Positions 20,424 to 30,004 of a stretch of DNA of 64,000 bases are shown here, in pieces; position 1 is the stretch's first letter; the number at the start of each line of letters is the position of its first letter. Under the pieces are notes generated by a model. The model did not search any database, was not told the origin of the DNA, and saw only the letters and a list, made by a program, of their open reading frames with translations. Source of the DNA: Bacteriovorax sp. MedPE-SWde (GTDB lineage Bacteria; Bdellovibrionota; Bacteriovoracia; Bacteriovoracales; Bacteriovoracaceae); contig MPCU01000012.1 of NCBI GenBank assembly GCA_001874305.1, positions 69,525 through 133,524 of the forward strand, read 5' to 3'. The position numbers were made by a program, and so were the translations under genes.

Positions 20424-20479
20424 GTGGCTAGATTAGTGGGATAGCGGTCATTTGGCAATAGTTAAGGTATGTTAAGACG

Positions 20480-22102
20480 TTATGCGCAAGGAAGTTTGAT
20501 GGTAAATTCAGCGAATTGGCCTTTCTCGCCCGTTGCCTGCATTTGGCCACCATGAAGACCTGTTATAATTTCATAACTTAATGAGAGACCTAAACCAGTT
20601 CCTTCTCCAGTAGGCTTTGTTGTAAAGAAGGGATTAAATATTTTTTCGATAGTTTCTTTATCAAGTCCTAGGCCATTGTCTTTGATCTTGATGGCAACCA
20701 TTCCATTGCCCTGCTCTGTGGTAATGACAAGTTCAGGAATATAGTCTTTCTCGTTAAGGTTTTCAGTTTTCATAATCATTGAATAGAAAGCGTTCGAGAA
20801 GAGGTTTAAGAATACACGTGCCATGTCGCCTCTAACTATATCGAGACCTTTAATTCTATTATCGTAATTCTTAGAGAAGTTAATATGAAACCCTCTATAT
20901 TTTGCTCTCATTGCATGGAAAGCAAAGTTTAAGTTCTCTTCTATAATGTCATGAATATCGGTACTTTCTTTTGCATTACCCATGTCACCGGTTCTTGAGT
21001 GTTCAAGCATACTTTTAACAATTTGCTCCGCTCTTTTTCCATGGAATGTAATCTCTGTAACCATATTCTTAAGGTCATCAACTTCTTCTATAAGATTCTC
21101 TTTTTTCACTGTTGTGTATTCAGGGTCATTGGTAATATTGTCAAAGATATCAGTTACACAATCTTTTGATACTTGCGCGAAGTTAATGATGAAGTTTAGA
21201 GGGTTATTAATTTCATGTGCAATCCCACTTGTTAGGTTACCAAGAGATGCTAGCTTTTCTTGTGCGATAAGCTGGTCTTGCATTTTCCCAATTTCATCAA
21301 TCTTTTGCTCTAATATACCGTTCTTATCATTTAGCTGCTTTGTTCTTTTTAAGACTAACTCTTCAAGGTGAGACTTATAGTCTTTAAGTTGGCTTTCAGC
21401 TTCATCTCTATTTTTGATATAGTTTTTGAGATTCAGCCTCATTCGATTTAAAGACGAGATAAGATCATCAATTTCATTAGTCTCATCAATGAATGAAGCA
21501 CTAAGACTTAGTTCATTATCAATATTTTTGTGAGTAAGATCTTCTGCATATTTAGATATGAGAATGATTTTTCTAGCAACAGTAATATAAATTATGAAGA
21601 GGATTAAGGACGACACGAGGAACGTCTTAATGGTCTGGGTTATAAGAATGATAAAAACTCTATCAAGTATCCTATCGTAGACATGATCTAAATTGGCCAT
21701 AATTACAACCTGACCAATTGATGTTTCTTCTTCTTGTCCGTATTTTAATGAAAACTTCTTTTCAATTTTTCGATTGATATTCTTATTACCCATCTCCATA
21801 AAGATTGAGCGACCAGAACTCTTATGCTCTAGGATTTGTATAAATTCAACATCTCTTAATTTTAATATACCTGATAGCTGAACTTCGATTTGATCATTAT
21901 CAAGGTGCCAAAGAGAATTTGCGAGGGAGCTAGAGTAACTATGCTCAATCTGATCTATTGTTTTGTAAATAGTATTTAGGTCTGAATTATAGTCAATATA
22001 CACTTGAATGAGTGTACTAAGGAAGGTGAAGAAACTACTTGTTATAAGTATGTACTTCAACAACATAAATGAAAGTCTTGAGCGAAACCACTCTTTAATC
22101 AT
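20480..22102 (-). CDS. Orphan sensor histidine kinase (periplasmic sensor, HAMP, HisKA, HATPase)
   Basis: IAHEINNPL, NLFSNA, DNGLG, FFTTKPTGEGTGLGL motifs; two TM helices. Confidence 0.95.
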   Translation of the reverse strand: MIKEWFRSRLSFMLLKYILITSSFFTFLSTLIQVYIDYNSDLNTIYKTIDQIEHSYSSSLANSLWHLDNDQIEVQLSGILKLRDVEFIQILEHKSSGRSIFMEMGNKNINRKIEKKFSLKYGQEEETSIGQVVIMANLDHVYDRILDRVFIILITQTIKTFLVSSLILFIIYITVARKIILISKYAEDLTHKNIDNELSLSASFIDETNEIDDLISSLNRMRLNLKNYIKNRDEAESQLKDYKSHLEELVLKRTKQLNDKNGILEQKIDEIGKMQDQLIAQEKLASLGNLTSGIAHEINNPLNFIINFAQVSKDCVTDIFDNITNDPEYTTVKKENLIEEVDDLKNMVTEITFHGKRAEQIVKSMLEHSRTGDMGNAKESTDIHDIIEENLNFAFHAMRAKYRGFHINFSKNYDNRIKGLDIVRGDMARVFLNLFSNAFYSMIMKTENLNEKDYIPELVITTEQGNGMVAIKIKDNGLGLDKETIEKIFNPFFTTKPTGEGTGLGLSLSYEIITGLHGGQMQATGEKGQFAEFTIKLPCA

Positions 22103-22201
22103 ATGAGCTCTTTAGAAGATATTAACTAATTAGATTATCGGTTTATTTTTACGAAATATAAACAAAAAAATCATAGGAGAGGGAAGTTGTCGGACAAAAA
22201 A

Positions 22202-22223
22202 AAAGGCCCAGTTAAGGGCCTTT
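22202..22223 (-). terminator. Intrinsic terminator of phnDCE
   Basis: On minus strand AAAGGCCC-TTAACT-GGGCC followed by a 9-T run. Confidence 0.85.
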
Positions 22224-22240
22224 GATTATTATAGATCTTA

Positions 22241-23320
22241 CTATTTAATAGCTTCTCTAATTTTTGATGACATCCAGTCCATTACCCATACAATAAAGGC
22301 AATAACGATAACTAGCATACCAACTTCATTCCATTTTGCGAGACCTTGATACTGCATAAGCATTGTACCAATACCACCACCACCGACTAGACCAATAACT
22401 GTGGCCATACGTACGTTGATATCCCATCTATAGATTGTAAAAGATAGGTAAGGAAGAACGATTTGAGGAACAACTCCAAACCAAATTACTTGAATTGGGT
22501 GAGCTCCTGTTGCCATCATTGCTTCGATAGGTCCGTTTGAAACGTTCTCAATCTGCTCAGAATATAACTTTGAAAGTGATGATACTGAGTGAAGACTTAG
22601 TGCAAGCATACCTGCGAAAGGTCCGATACCAACCCATACAGAGAAGATAATTGCCCAAACAAGTGGCTCAATTGAACGTGACATGTTTAAGAAAAATCTA
22701 ACTACTGAGTAGATTGTAAGTGTAAGTCTTGATCCATTCATTAAGTTTCTTGCTGCAAAGAAAGCTAGAATAAATGCTACAGGTAGAGCAACTGCTGTTG
22801 CGATAAATGCCATGTAGATTGTTTCAACTGCTGCAAAAACTGCGTCTTCTAGAATGTTGAAGTTTGGATTAAGAAGAGCTGTAAAAATTCTTCTTGCACC
22901 GTTTAGTCCACTTTCTGAAAGAAACTCAGTAATTGAAACTTGAGCAACAAAGATTCCTGAAACAAATGTAAGAGCAACCACAAGCATCATATATATAATG
23001 TATGGCTCTTTCATGATTTGCTTATTTATATCTCTTTTCATTAGACCAGTGAAACCACGTCCAACAGAAAGTCTTGTGAAGTATAGAGCAATTGCGAGAA
23101 CAGCTCCAAGTCCAAGAGAGATTAATGGCTGATTCCAGCTAAAGTCTGGGTATCTAAGCCCAAGGATTAATCTTTCGTAAACGATTTTCCATGTAGCTAG
23201 TACTGTATAAGACCAAAGAAAAAGGTCGATACAGTATGAAGCGATATGTTTTTTTATAACTTTACCAATCATATCCTCAGGATTAATAATTGGTTTTTCA
23301 ACTTGTGATGTAGCACTCAT
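22241..23320 (-). CDS. phnE: Phosphonate/phosphate ABC transporter permease
   Basis: EAA loop IEAMMATGAHPIQVIWFGVVPQ and YRWDINVRMATVIGLVGGGGIG. Confidence 0.93.
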   Translation of the reverse strand: MSATSQVEKPIINPEDMIGKVIKKHIASYCIDLFLWSYTVLATWKIVYERLILGLRYPDFSWNQPLISLGLGAVLAIALYFTRLSVGRGFTGLMKRDINKQIMKEPYIIYMMLVVALTFVSGIFVAQVSITEFLSESGLNGARRIFTALLNPNFNILEDAVFAAVETIYMAFIATAVALPVAFILAFFAARNLMNGSRLTLTIYSVVRFFLNMSRSIEPLVWAIIFSVWVGIGPFAGMLALSLHSVSSLSKLYSEQIENVSNGPIEAMMATGAHPIQVIWFGVVPQIVLPYLSFTIYRWDINVRMATVIGLVGGGGIGTMLMQYQGLAKWNEVGMLVIVIAFIVWVMDWMSSKIREAIK

Positions 23321-23329
23321 AATATACCC

Positions 23330-24091
23330 TTAGTCTATCGTTACCTCTACAGCGTCTTCACCGTAGATTGTTTGGAACCATTCTTCATCTATATCTAGTG
23401 GTTGACCTTCATAAATAAGCTTTCCACCTTTTAGGGCGATAACTCTTGAAGCATACTGACGTACTAGAGATAGGAAGTGTAGGTTACAGATAACTGTAAC
23501 ACCTAGTTCTTCGTTAACTTTCTTAAGGTACTGCATAACTGAGTGAGAAGTTGCAGGGTCAAGAGACGCTACAGGCTCATCAGCTAAAAGAACCTTAGGG
23601 TTTTGCATAAGTGCTCTTGCAATTGAAACTCTTTGCTGTTGACCACCTGAAAGATTGTCCGCTCTCGCGTTTTCTTTTCCTTCAAGACCAACAATCTTAA
23701 TGTATTCATTTGCTTTTTTCTTATCTTCTTCAGAGTAAAGACCAAGAATAGACTTGAAAATACCTGTTCTAGATAGAGTTCCTGAAAGAACGTTAGTCAT
23801 AACTGTCTTTCTTGGAATTAGGTTGAAGTGTTGAAAGATCATTCCGATATTAGCTCTTGCTTTTCTCATTGCAGAACCTTTTAATTTAGTAATGTCTTCA
23901 CCTTCGAATAGGATTTCTCCAGCAGTAACATCGTGAAGTCTATTCATACATCTAAGCATTGTAGACTTTCCTGATCCCGAAAGACCGATGATTACAAGGA
24001 ATTCACCTTTTTTAACACCAAAACTTACATCACTAAGGGCACGACAACCGTTAGGGTAAATCTTGTTAACTTTTTTTACTTCAAGAATCAT
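23330..24091 (-). CDS. phnC: Phosphonate ABC transporter ATP-binding protein
   Basis: GLSGSGKST, LSGGQQQRV, LADEPVASLDP and NLH motifs. Confidence 0.95.
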   Translation of the reverse strand: MILEVKKVNKIYPNGCRALSDVSFGVKKGEFLVIIGLSGSGKSTMLRCMNRLHDVTAGEILFEGEDITKLKGSAMRKARANIGMIFQHFNLIPRKTVMTNVLSGTLSRTGIFKSILGLYSEEDKKKANEYIKIVGLEGKENARADNLSGGQQQRVSIARALMQNPKVLLADEPVASLDPATSHSVMQYLKKVNEELGVTVICNLHFLSLVRQYASRVIALKGGKLIYEGQPLDIDEEWFQTIYGEDAVEVTID

Positions 24092-24130
24092 TTAATTTCT
24101 CGCTTAGTTTTATTTTAAGTTATTTGTAAG

Positions 24131-25039
24131 TTATCTCTTTAGTTGTTCTTCAATATTTATGTTGATCGACTTAATAACATTTCTAAGTCCATCGTAGTCA
24201 GCATCTGTTGTATCAACAAGTCCACCTACACTATAGATATTTTTGAAAGTTGTCTTACCTTTTTCTGTAGCTAGGTACTTTTTTACAGCAGTAATAAATT
24301 TTGCTGTTACTTCAGCTGGTAGATCTTTTCTAAATACAAATGGGTCATTTGGAATTTTTTCTGTAATTGTAACGATTTTTACTTTGTCTTCAACGTCTGG
24401 GAACTGAGTTTTTACTCTAGCTCTTGCATCTCTGATTTCTCCTGCAGATGATGGAGCAGAGTAGTATGTTGCACCAGCATCAACTTGTTTTTGGTAAACC
24501 ATAGTAACAACGTTGTCATGCTTAATTGCAAAAGTCTTGTTTCCAAGTTTTACATCATTCTCTTTAATTATCTTTAAAGGGAACATATATCCTGAAGTTG
24601 AAGAAGGGTCTGTGAATGCAAACTTCTTACCTTGAAGATCTTTTACAGAATTGATTCCACTATCAACATGGGCAATTACTTGTCCTTGGTAGTAGTCATG
24701 TCCGTAACGGATTACTCTAAGTTTTGCAGAAGCTCCATATTTCTCGTTGGCCATTAAATAACCAAAAGAGTTCATAACAGCGATATCTGCTCTTTTTGAA
24801 CCAAATGACTCAACTACTGAAATGTAGTTTGTAGGAATACCTGACTTAAAGAAGTATCCTGTTTCCTTTTCAAGAAACTTAATGAAATCAATTGAGTTTG
24901 AAGCAATAGTATCCGCATCTACTGATGGCGTGAAATATAGCTTAATTGGGTTGTTTTCAGTTCCAAGTTTTGCATCATTCTTACATGCACTCATTAGTAA
25001 AACAGCTAATAGTGGCAGTATTAAGCGAAGTCCCTTCAT
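24131..25039 (-). CDS. phnD: Phosphonate/phosphate ABC substrate-binding lipoprotein
   Basis: Lipobox LMSAC, FTDPSSTSGY, IPND; start moved to ATG 25039 after AAGGAG. Confidence 0.92.
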   Translation of the reverse strand: MKGLRLILPLLAVLLMSACKNDAKLGTENNPIKLYFTPSVDADTIASNSIDFIKFLEKETGYFFKSGIPTNYISVVESFGSKRADIAVMNSFGYLMANEKYGASAKLRVIRYGHDYYQGQVIAHVDSGINSVKDLQGKKFAFTDPSSTSGYMFPLKIIKENDVKLGNKTFAIKHDNVVTMVYQKQVDAGATYYSAPSSAGEIRDARARVKTQFPDVEDKVKIVTITEKIPNDPFVFRKDLPAEVTAKFITAVKKYLATEKGKTTFKNIYSVGGLVDTTDADYDGLRNVIKSININIEEQLKR

Positions 25040-25236
25040 TCGTGTTCTCCTTAACGTCAATTCAACTAGTTATGTTTTTAAATTACGGCATATTTATCAT
25101 GCTTAAATCAAACTTTTTAGAACTTAATGAGAGGAAAAGTTAGTATTTTGAAAAATGTAATAATAACAGCTAGTTATATATTGTGAAACATGTCTTAAAT
25201 CTGTGAATTTTTTAATAACGCGCTGTATAATTTGCT

Positions 25237-25428
25237 ATGGCCTTAAATATAAAACCATTTTTTCCGTTAAATCATCCGGATCCAGTTGAATATGAAGAGG
25301 ATGATGAACTCAATCTTTATACAGATGGAGACCCTCTTGATCAGCAAAAAGAAGAGAGGGAGAATAGAGCGAAGGATCATAATTATGTGTATTTACACGC
25401 GAAATTGAAAATCAATGTAATATCTTGA
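25237..25428 (+). CDS. Small acidic hypothetical protein (possibly leaderless)
   Basis: 63-aa ORF alone in intergenic region; TATAAT ends 5 nt before ATG; no SD. Confidence 0.4.
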   Translation: MALNIKPFFPLNHPDPVEYEEDDELNLYTDGDPLDQQKEERENRAKDHNYVYLHAKLKINVIS

Positions 25429-25473
25429 ATGGTTTGTGCCGATATGTAATTAGTATTCTCTTTAGGTGGTTTA

Positions 25474-26340
25474 GTGAAGATTATTAGAAAAATTCTGGTA
25501 CTTTCAATTAATACAGATTGGGCCAATGATTTAAAACATCTCTTGGTAAAGAACTCTAAGGTTGAAGTTGAAGTAGCGTCGACAAGAACGATTGCAACAA
25601 AACTATTAACTGATTATGAGTTTGCTGCAGTTGTTATGGAAGAAACTTTTAAAGTTAAGAATATGGATTATTTCTTAAGAGCACTTCAATCACAACAAGG
25701 TTATAGACCTAAGTTTGTCTATTTCTTCTTTTCAGATATTAAACTATTTCGAGATATCTCTGTTCCTGCTGAACTAGAGAAAATTAAATTTAAGGCACAC
25801 TCACTTCCTATGCCAAAAGAGATGATTCAAGAGTTACTCTTTCATGATATTTTTCCAAGTGGAGCAACTCACAACTCCAGTCTAGATAGGGAATTTATGC
25901 AGATACTCATAAAGGCAACTAATCGTGTTGTTGAGTCATTTGCGATAGGAGAGCTAAAGGCAAAGAAACCTGAACTTCTTTCTAAAATGGAAGATCCTAA
26001 AGTCGCTATTAGAGGGAAGATAATCCTCAAGACTGAGTTCTTTAACGGTTCATTACTCTTATCTTTTCCAGAGGAGACGTATAAGAATCTATACTTGAAA
26101 GTTGTAGGACAGGAAATATCCTCCTTAAGTGATGATAATAAAGACTTTGCTGGAGAGTTGGCCAATATGATTTATGGTCAAACTAAGAAGCACCTTGAAG
26201 AGAATGGGGTTAAGCTAGATATGGCAATACCAATCATAGATCAATCCTCTAAACTTAAATCTAATAAACCAATCTATGTCATTCCTTTCGAATCATCGAT
26301 CGGTGACTTCTATATAAAACTCGCGCCTGAACTATTCTAA
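25474..26340 (+). CDS. CheX-domain protein with N-terminal receiver-like domain
   Basis: C-terminal GELANMIYG phosphatase motif; N-terminal alpha/beta region resembling a degenerate receiver. Confidence 0.8.
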   Translation: MKIIRKILVLSINTDWANDLKHLLVKNSKVEVEVASTRTIATKLLTDYEFAAVVMEETFKVKNMDYFLRALQSQQGYRPKFVYFFFSDIKLFRDISVPAELEKIKFKAHSLPMPKEMIQELLFHDIFPSGATHNSSLDREFMQILIKATNRVVESFAIGELKAKKPELLSKMEDPKVAIRGKIILKTEFFNGSLLLSFPEETYKNLYLKVVGQEISSLSDDNKDFAGELANMIYGQTKKHLEENGVKLDMAIPIIDQSSKLKSNKPIYVIPFESSIGDFYIKLAPELF

Positions 26341-27930
26341 TTAGGCGAAAATAACTTCCATTATATCAAGATGAATAAATGTTAAATGACGTAGAGGTAT
26401 TTGCGCTAGTTTGTTAAAGCCGGCCTCTTTTTCGTATCGTTGTGAAAGCTTCTTGGAACTCACTTTGCCTTTTAAAAGCTTGTGTCCAGAAGTCAGAATT
26501 TCTATTCTCTGATCAATAATGAGAGCGACGTCTTTTAAATAACGTGGAAGCTTAGGGTAGACATGTAAGAGGTCTTTTTGAATTTGTTTTAGAGCTGTAC
26601 TGTGAGGCTCATGGATATACTGGACAACTGTAAAGTAGAATTGAGCTACCGCCTTTAAAGATTCTGGCTCAAATGTATCAATGGCCATTTGAAGAGAGTG
26701 ATAACATTCGTGGAGCTCATTGAGATCAAAGTGTCTTTGAGCACTGATAAAGTGCTTCATGCCCTGAAAGTAGTTTTCGTTAAACTTATTTGGTCTTGAT
26801 TTCTTTATTTTATGAGTGGGTGATTCCCAAATATTTGATACGGTAGCGATTGAATCAGTATAGATTTTGGGTGCTTCACCAGGGATATAAGAGACTTCAC
26901 TTTTTTCTACATCAAATAGAACAGATGCCATCGATGATACGGTAATTGGTGATATTGAAAATTTCTTTGTTCTTTGTGGCGTACTTACTTCTTTTAAGAT
27001 GGAGAGGTTGTCTTTTCCTTCAACCTTTTGAAGCTTTTTAAGCGCCTGTTCTTTTCTTAATTCGTTATATTCTTTAATGCTATAGGGTAGTTCTGCTTCT
27101 TGATCTATATCTTGATTTACAAGTTCATTACATACATAAAGAGGTCCATCTTCATGTAAGTTATATTCTCTGTAGTGTAGATCAGTACCAGAAAGGTCTG
27201 CTTCAATAACTCTTCCTGATTTATCCATGAAATTGAAGTTCCAGCAGGTAATAGTTTGTGAAGACTTTAAGAACTCAAGTGCTTCGTCTACATTTTTACA
27301 GTTGTGTATAAGCTGGTGGGCCAAGTAGAAAACTGGAGTACCGTGCTGGTTAAATTTATTTGTAAACTTTTGATGAACGGCCAAGGTTAAGCCTTGATCA
27401 TTCATTGATGTTAACCCTGAAAATGGAAGACCAACTGTTGAAAAATTAAAGACCTGATAACCTTCTTTGAATTTTGAAGAAATTATCCTTTCATTCTTGT
27501 CGTAAGTTCCCTTTAGAGGAAAATCAAGAATCCTAGTATGGGTCGGTTTGCCTTCATTATTAAGAGTGAATACAGATGAGCAACCAAATTGTAGCGTAGA
27601 GAGCTTGGGTAACCACTGACCAAGAAATGCGCAAACTTCAGGTACTAACATTGCATGGGAGAGCTCTTTAAACTCTATCCCAGTTCCTGACGCATAGGCC
27701 TTGAGGAGTTTTTCATACTCTCTATCTTTTAAAAGAATTTTATCAAAAAGAGTTTCAATTGCTTTATGAGCAACAATATTAACGGGGTCCCATGGTGTAC
27801 TAATGAGGTTCTTTATATGATGACTGGCATTTTTTGCAGTTTCGCTGTCTTTTAAACCGAGTTGGTAAAAACATTCTTCTTGGTCGCCGAAAAGCTTAAT
27901 AACAGGTAATTCTTTGTCTGTAAGGAGCAT
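26341..27930 (-). CDS. C45-family Ntn-hydrolase (acyltransferase/peptidase) with helical C-terminus
   Basis: GCSSV nucleophile site, HTRILDF, GLTSMNDQGL, CNEL; start at 27930 or 27939. Confidence 0.8.
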   Translation of the reverse strand: MLLTDKELPVIKLFGDQEECFYQLGLKDSETAKNASHHIKNLISTPWDPVNIVAHKAIETLFDKILLKDREYEKLLKAYASGTGIEFKELSHAMLVPEVCAFLGQWLPKLSTLQFGCSSVFTLNNEGKPTHTRILDFPLKGTYDKNERIISSKFKEGYQVFNFSTVGLPFSGLTSMNDQGLTLAVHQKFTNKFNQHGTPVFYLAHQLIHNCKNVDEALEFLKSSQTITCWNFNFMDKSGRVIEADLSGTDLHYREYNLHEDGPLYVCNELVNQDIDQEAELPYSIKEYNELRKEQALKKLQKVEGKDNLSILKEVSTPQRTKKFSISPITVSSMASVLFDVEKSEVSYIPGEAPKIYTDSIATVSNIWESPTHKIKKSRPNKFNENYFQGMKHFISAQRHFDLNELHECYHSLQMAIDTFEPESLKAVAQFYFTVVQYIHEPHSTALKQIQKDLLHVYPKLPRYLKDVALIIDQRIEILTSGHKLLKGKVSSKKLSQRYEKEAGFNKLAQIPLRHLTFIHLDIMEVIFA

Positions 27931-27937
27931 TGATCTC

Positions 27938-28180
27938 ATGTATGATATTGTAAATTCATTCGTTCAACCTAGCAATCAAACATTTATTGCCATAGTCGTT
28001 GCGCTGTCAGGGCTTAGGGTATTTCTTGAAATGACACCGTTAGTCCCTGCTAATTGGCCTCTTTCAAAGAAACTGTCCAAAAGAGTCGGGCAAGAGCAGG
28101 TTTCAAAGTTTCATAAGTATGGCCTTTATATCTGTATCGGTCAGATTGTCTTGTGGGCGCCAGAGCTACTTTTGGGTTGA
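27938..28180 (+). CDS. Small two-TM membrane protein
   Basis: ATG 27938 preceded by AAGGAG; two hydrophobic helices. Confidence 0.6.
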   Translation: MYDIVNSFVQPSNQTFIAIVVALSGLRVFLEMTPLVPANWPLSKKLSKRVGQEQVSKFHKYGLYICIGQIVLWAPELLLG

Positions 28181-29245
28181 TGGTGTTTCGTAAAGATTCA
28201 CTCTATCTATTTGGTAAGAGAACTGTTTAGGGACTCGTAACTCGTCTTCTTTAGCTTTCTTTCTAATATAGATTGTAACTTCTGTTTTCTTTTCAAGTTT
28301 TCTTATTATGTCACTAAGTTGAAAAATTTTATTTAAGAACATGCTATTTTGTTTTGTGCTCAATTTAAATGCTTCATAGTTTTTGAGTCTATTCCAAAGC
28401 TCACGAGGCTCTGTTCTGCCCTGAAGAAGCTCATTGAATGTCAGATAGATAATTGGATCAGATTCAAAGTTATCTCCCATAAGAACAAGTTTATCTGGGA
28501 TACCTGTCATGTGAATTATATCTAAGAGGTGATTTAATTTGTAGATCCCCTGAACTTTAAGATCTTTTGGTGTGAGGTCACCTTCGAGAAGTGAAAATAT
28601 CTTTCTATAGTCTTTTAAGAATATTCCCGCAGAGTATATATCATTCGAGTAGAGCCAGTCTCTCATTGCTTCTTCGTAAAAGTGTGGAGAGGCCGAAAGA
28701 ATGAAAGGATGGTATTCCTTATTTATATAACCCTTCGCCATTTCCACTGATTCCGTAACTGTTGGAAAGTTTTGAATAGGGCTTGTGAGTGACTTATAAA
28801 TCTCTTCTGGAGTTGAGTATTTAGTATCTACAAGTGTTTTATCAAAGTCACAAATTATAAGATTCTTCTTTTCACCGGTTATCTTAATTGGAATAAAGTT
28901 ACCAAGTAAAATTTCTAGGCCTGGAGACTTTCCTATTTCAAAGATTTCAAGTTTCTCTGCACACGAAATTTCCTGGCCTCCAATTTTTATATTTAGACCA
29001 CCAAATGAGTCTGACTCAAACTCTCGAGAAAAAGTAATCTGATGATTATCATCTCGACCAATTATTTTAATTTTAAATTGATATGCATTGAGTAATTTGT
29101 ACGCCTGGATAGGAAACTTAGGAGCGAAGCGCTCATACTTTCTTGCGGAAGAGTAAATATTCTCTCTCATTGTGAGGTTTGCTCGTATCGCAAGATCCTC
29201 ATCTGTTTTAACCGCCAAAAAATTTACTAAGTGAGCTCTTTTCAT
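28166..29245 (-). CDS. App1/DUF2183-like HAD phosphatase (phosphatidate phosphatase-like)
   Basis: CDFDKT motif I, LSASP motif II, GDNFESDP motif IV. Confidence 0.75.
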   Translation of the reverse strand: MKRAHLVNFLAVKTDEDLAIRANLTMRENIYSSARKYERFAPKFPIQAYKLLNAYQFKIKIIGRDDNHQITFSREFESDSFGGLNIKIGGQEISCAEKLEIFEIGKSPGLEILLGNFIPIKITGEKKNLIICDFDKTLVDTKYSTPEEIYKSLTSPIQNFPTVTESVEMAKGYINKEYHPFILSASPHFYEEAMRDWLYSNDIYSAGIFLKDYRKIFSLLEGDLTPKDLKVQGIYKLNHLLDIIHMTGIPDKLVLMGDNFESDPIIYLTFNELLQGRTEPRELWNRLKNYEAFKLSTKQNSMFLNKIFQLSDIIRKLEKKTEVTIYIRKKAKEDELRVPKQFSYQIDRVNLYETPSTQK

Positions 29246-29300
29246 ATTATGTATAATCCCCCATAATTATATCTAATACAAATATTATTTTAGGAATTAC

Positions 29301-30002
29301 ATGAAATTGATTCACATTGAAATGCTCGGGGATGTTCCTCTTTATCTTGGAATGGGAATAAAGATTCTTCTTTCAATCTTTCTAGGGGGCCTTATCGGTC
29401 TTGATAGAGAACAAAAGATGAAGTCGGCCGGGATTAAGACTAATATTCTGATCTGTATGGGGGCCGCTGTTTACACCTCAATGTCTATACTGATGCTTGA
29501 TGGTGCTAATGGAATGGCCGATCCTAATCGTATGGCCGCTCAAATTGTTAACGGTATCGGGTTTCTTGGTGCTGGTGCAATTATTCAGGGACGTGGCAAT
29601 GTTATTGGTTTAACTACTGCCGCCACGATTTGGGTTGTTGCAGCAATTGGAATGACTATTGGATTTGGTTATCCTGTGGTTGCCACAGTTATTACGATAA
29701 CAATTCTATTAGTTCTTAAACTAATTAGCCCTCTTTATAAGATGCTTGAGTCAGAAAAACATTTTAGAAATTATCATATTGAAGTTGTCTCTCACGGACG
29801 TGTTCGTGGTGTAGTCAAAGAGATACTATATAATAAGGTCGATGAGGTTGATGATTTAAAAGAAGATATTATTGACTCTAGTCTAGACACGCGACACCTT
29901 GAAGTTTACTTGAAGTTACACCCTAGATGGGTTCCAAGTCTCAAAAAAGAGCTAGGTCAACTTATTAGAGTTGATAAAGTTAAAATACACCTTAGAAAGT
30001 AA
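29301..30002 (+). CDS. MgtC/SapB family membrane protein
   Basis: GLIGLDRE, AGIKT, DPNRMAAQIVNGIGFLGAG, GLTTAATIW. Confidence 0.93.
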   Translation: MKLIHIEMLGDVPLYLGMGIKILLSIFLGGLIGLDREQKMKSAGIKTNILICMGAAVYTSMSILMLDGANGMADPNRMAAQIVNGIGFLGAGAIIQGRGNVIGLTTAATIWVVAAIGMTIGFGYPVVATVITITILLVLKLISPLYKMLESEKHFRNYHIEVVSHGRVRGVVKEILYNKVDEVDDLKEDIIDSSLDTRHLEVYLKLHPRWVPSLKKELGQLIRVDKVKIHLRK

Positions 30003-30004
30003 GA

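Noticed and set aside
25040-25236. Pho box upstream of phnD
   Set aside because: No CTGTCA-type 11-bp tandem repeat was found on the coding strand.
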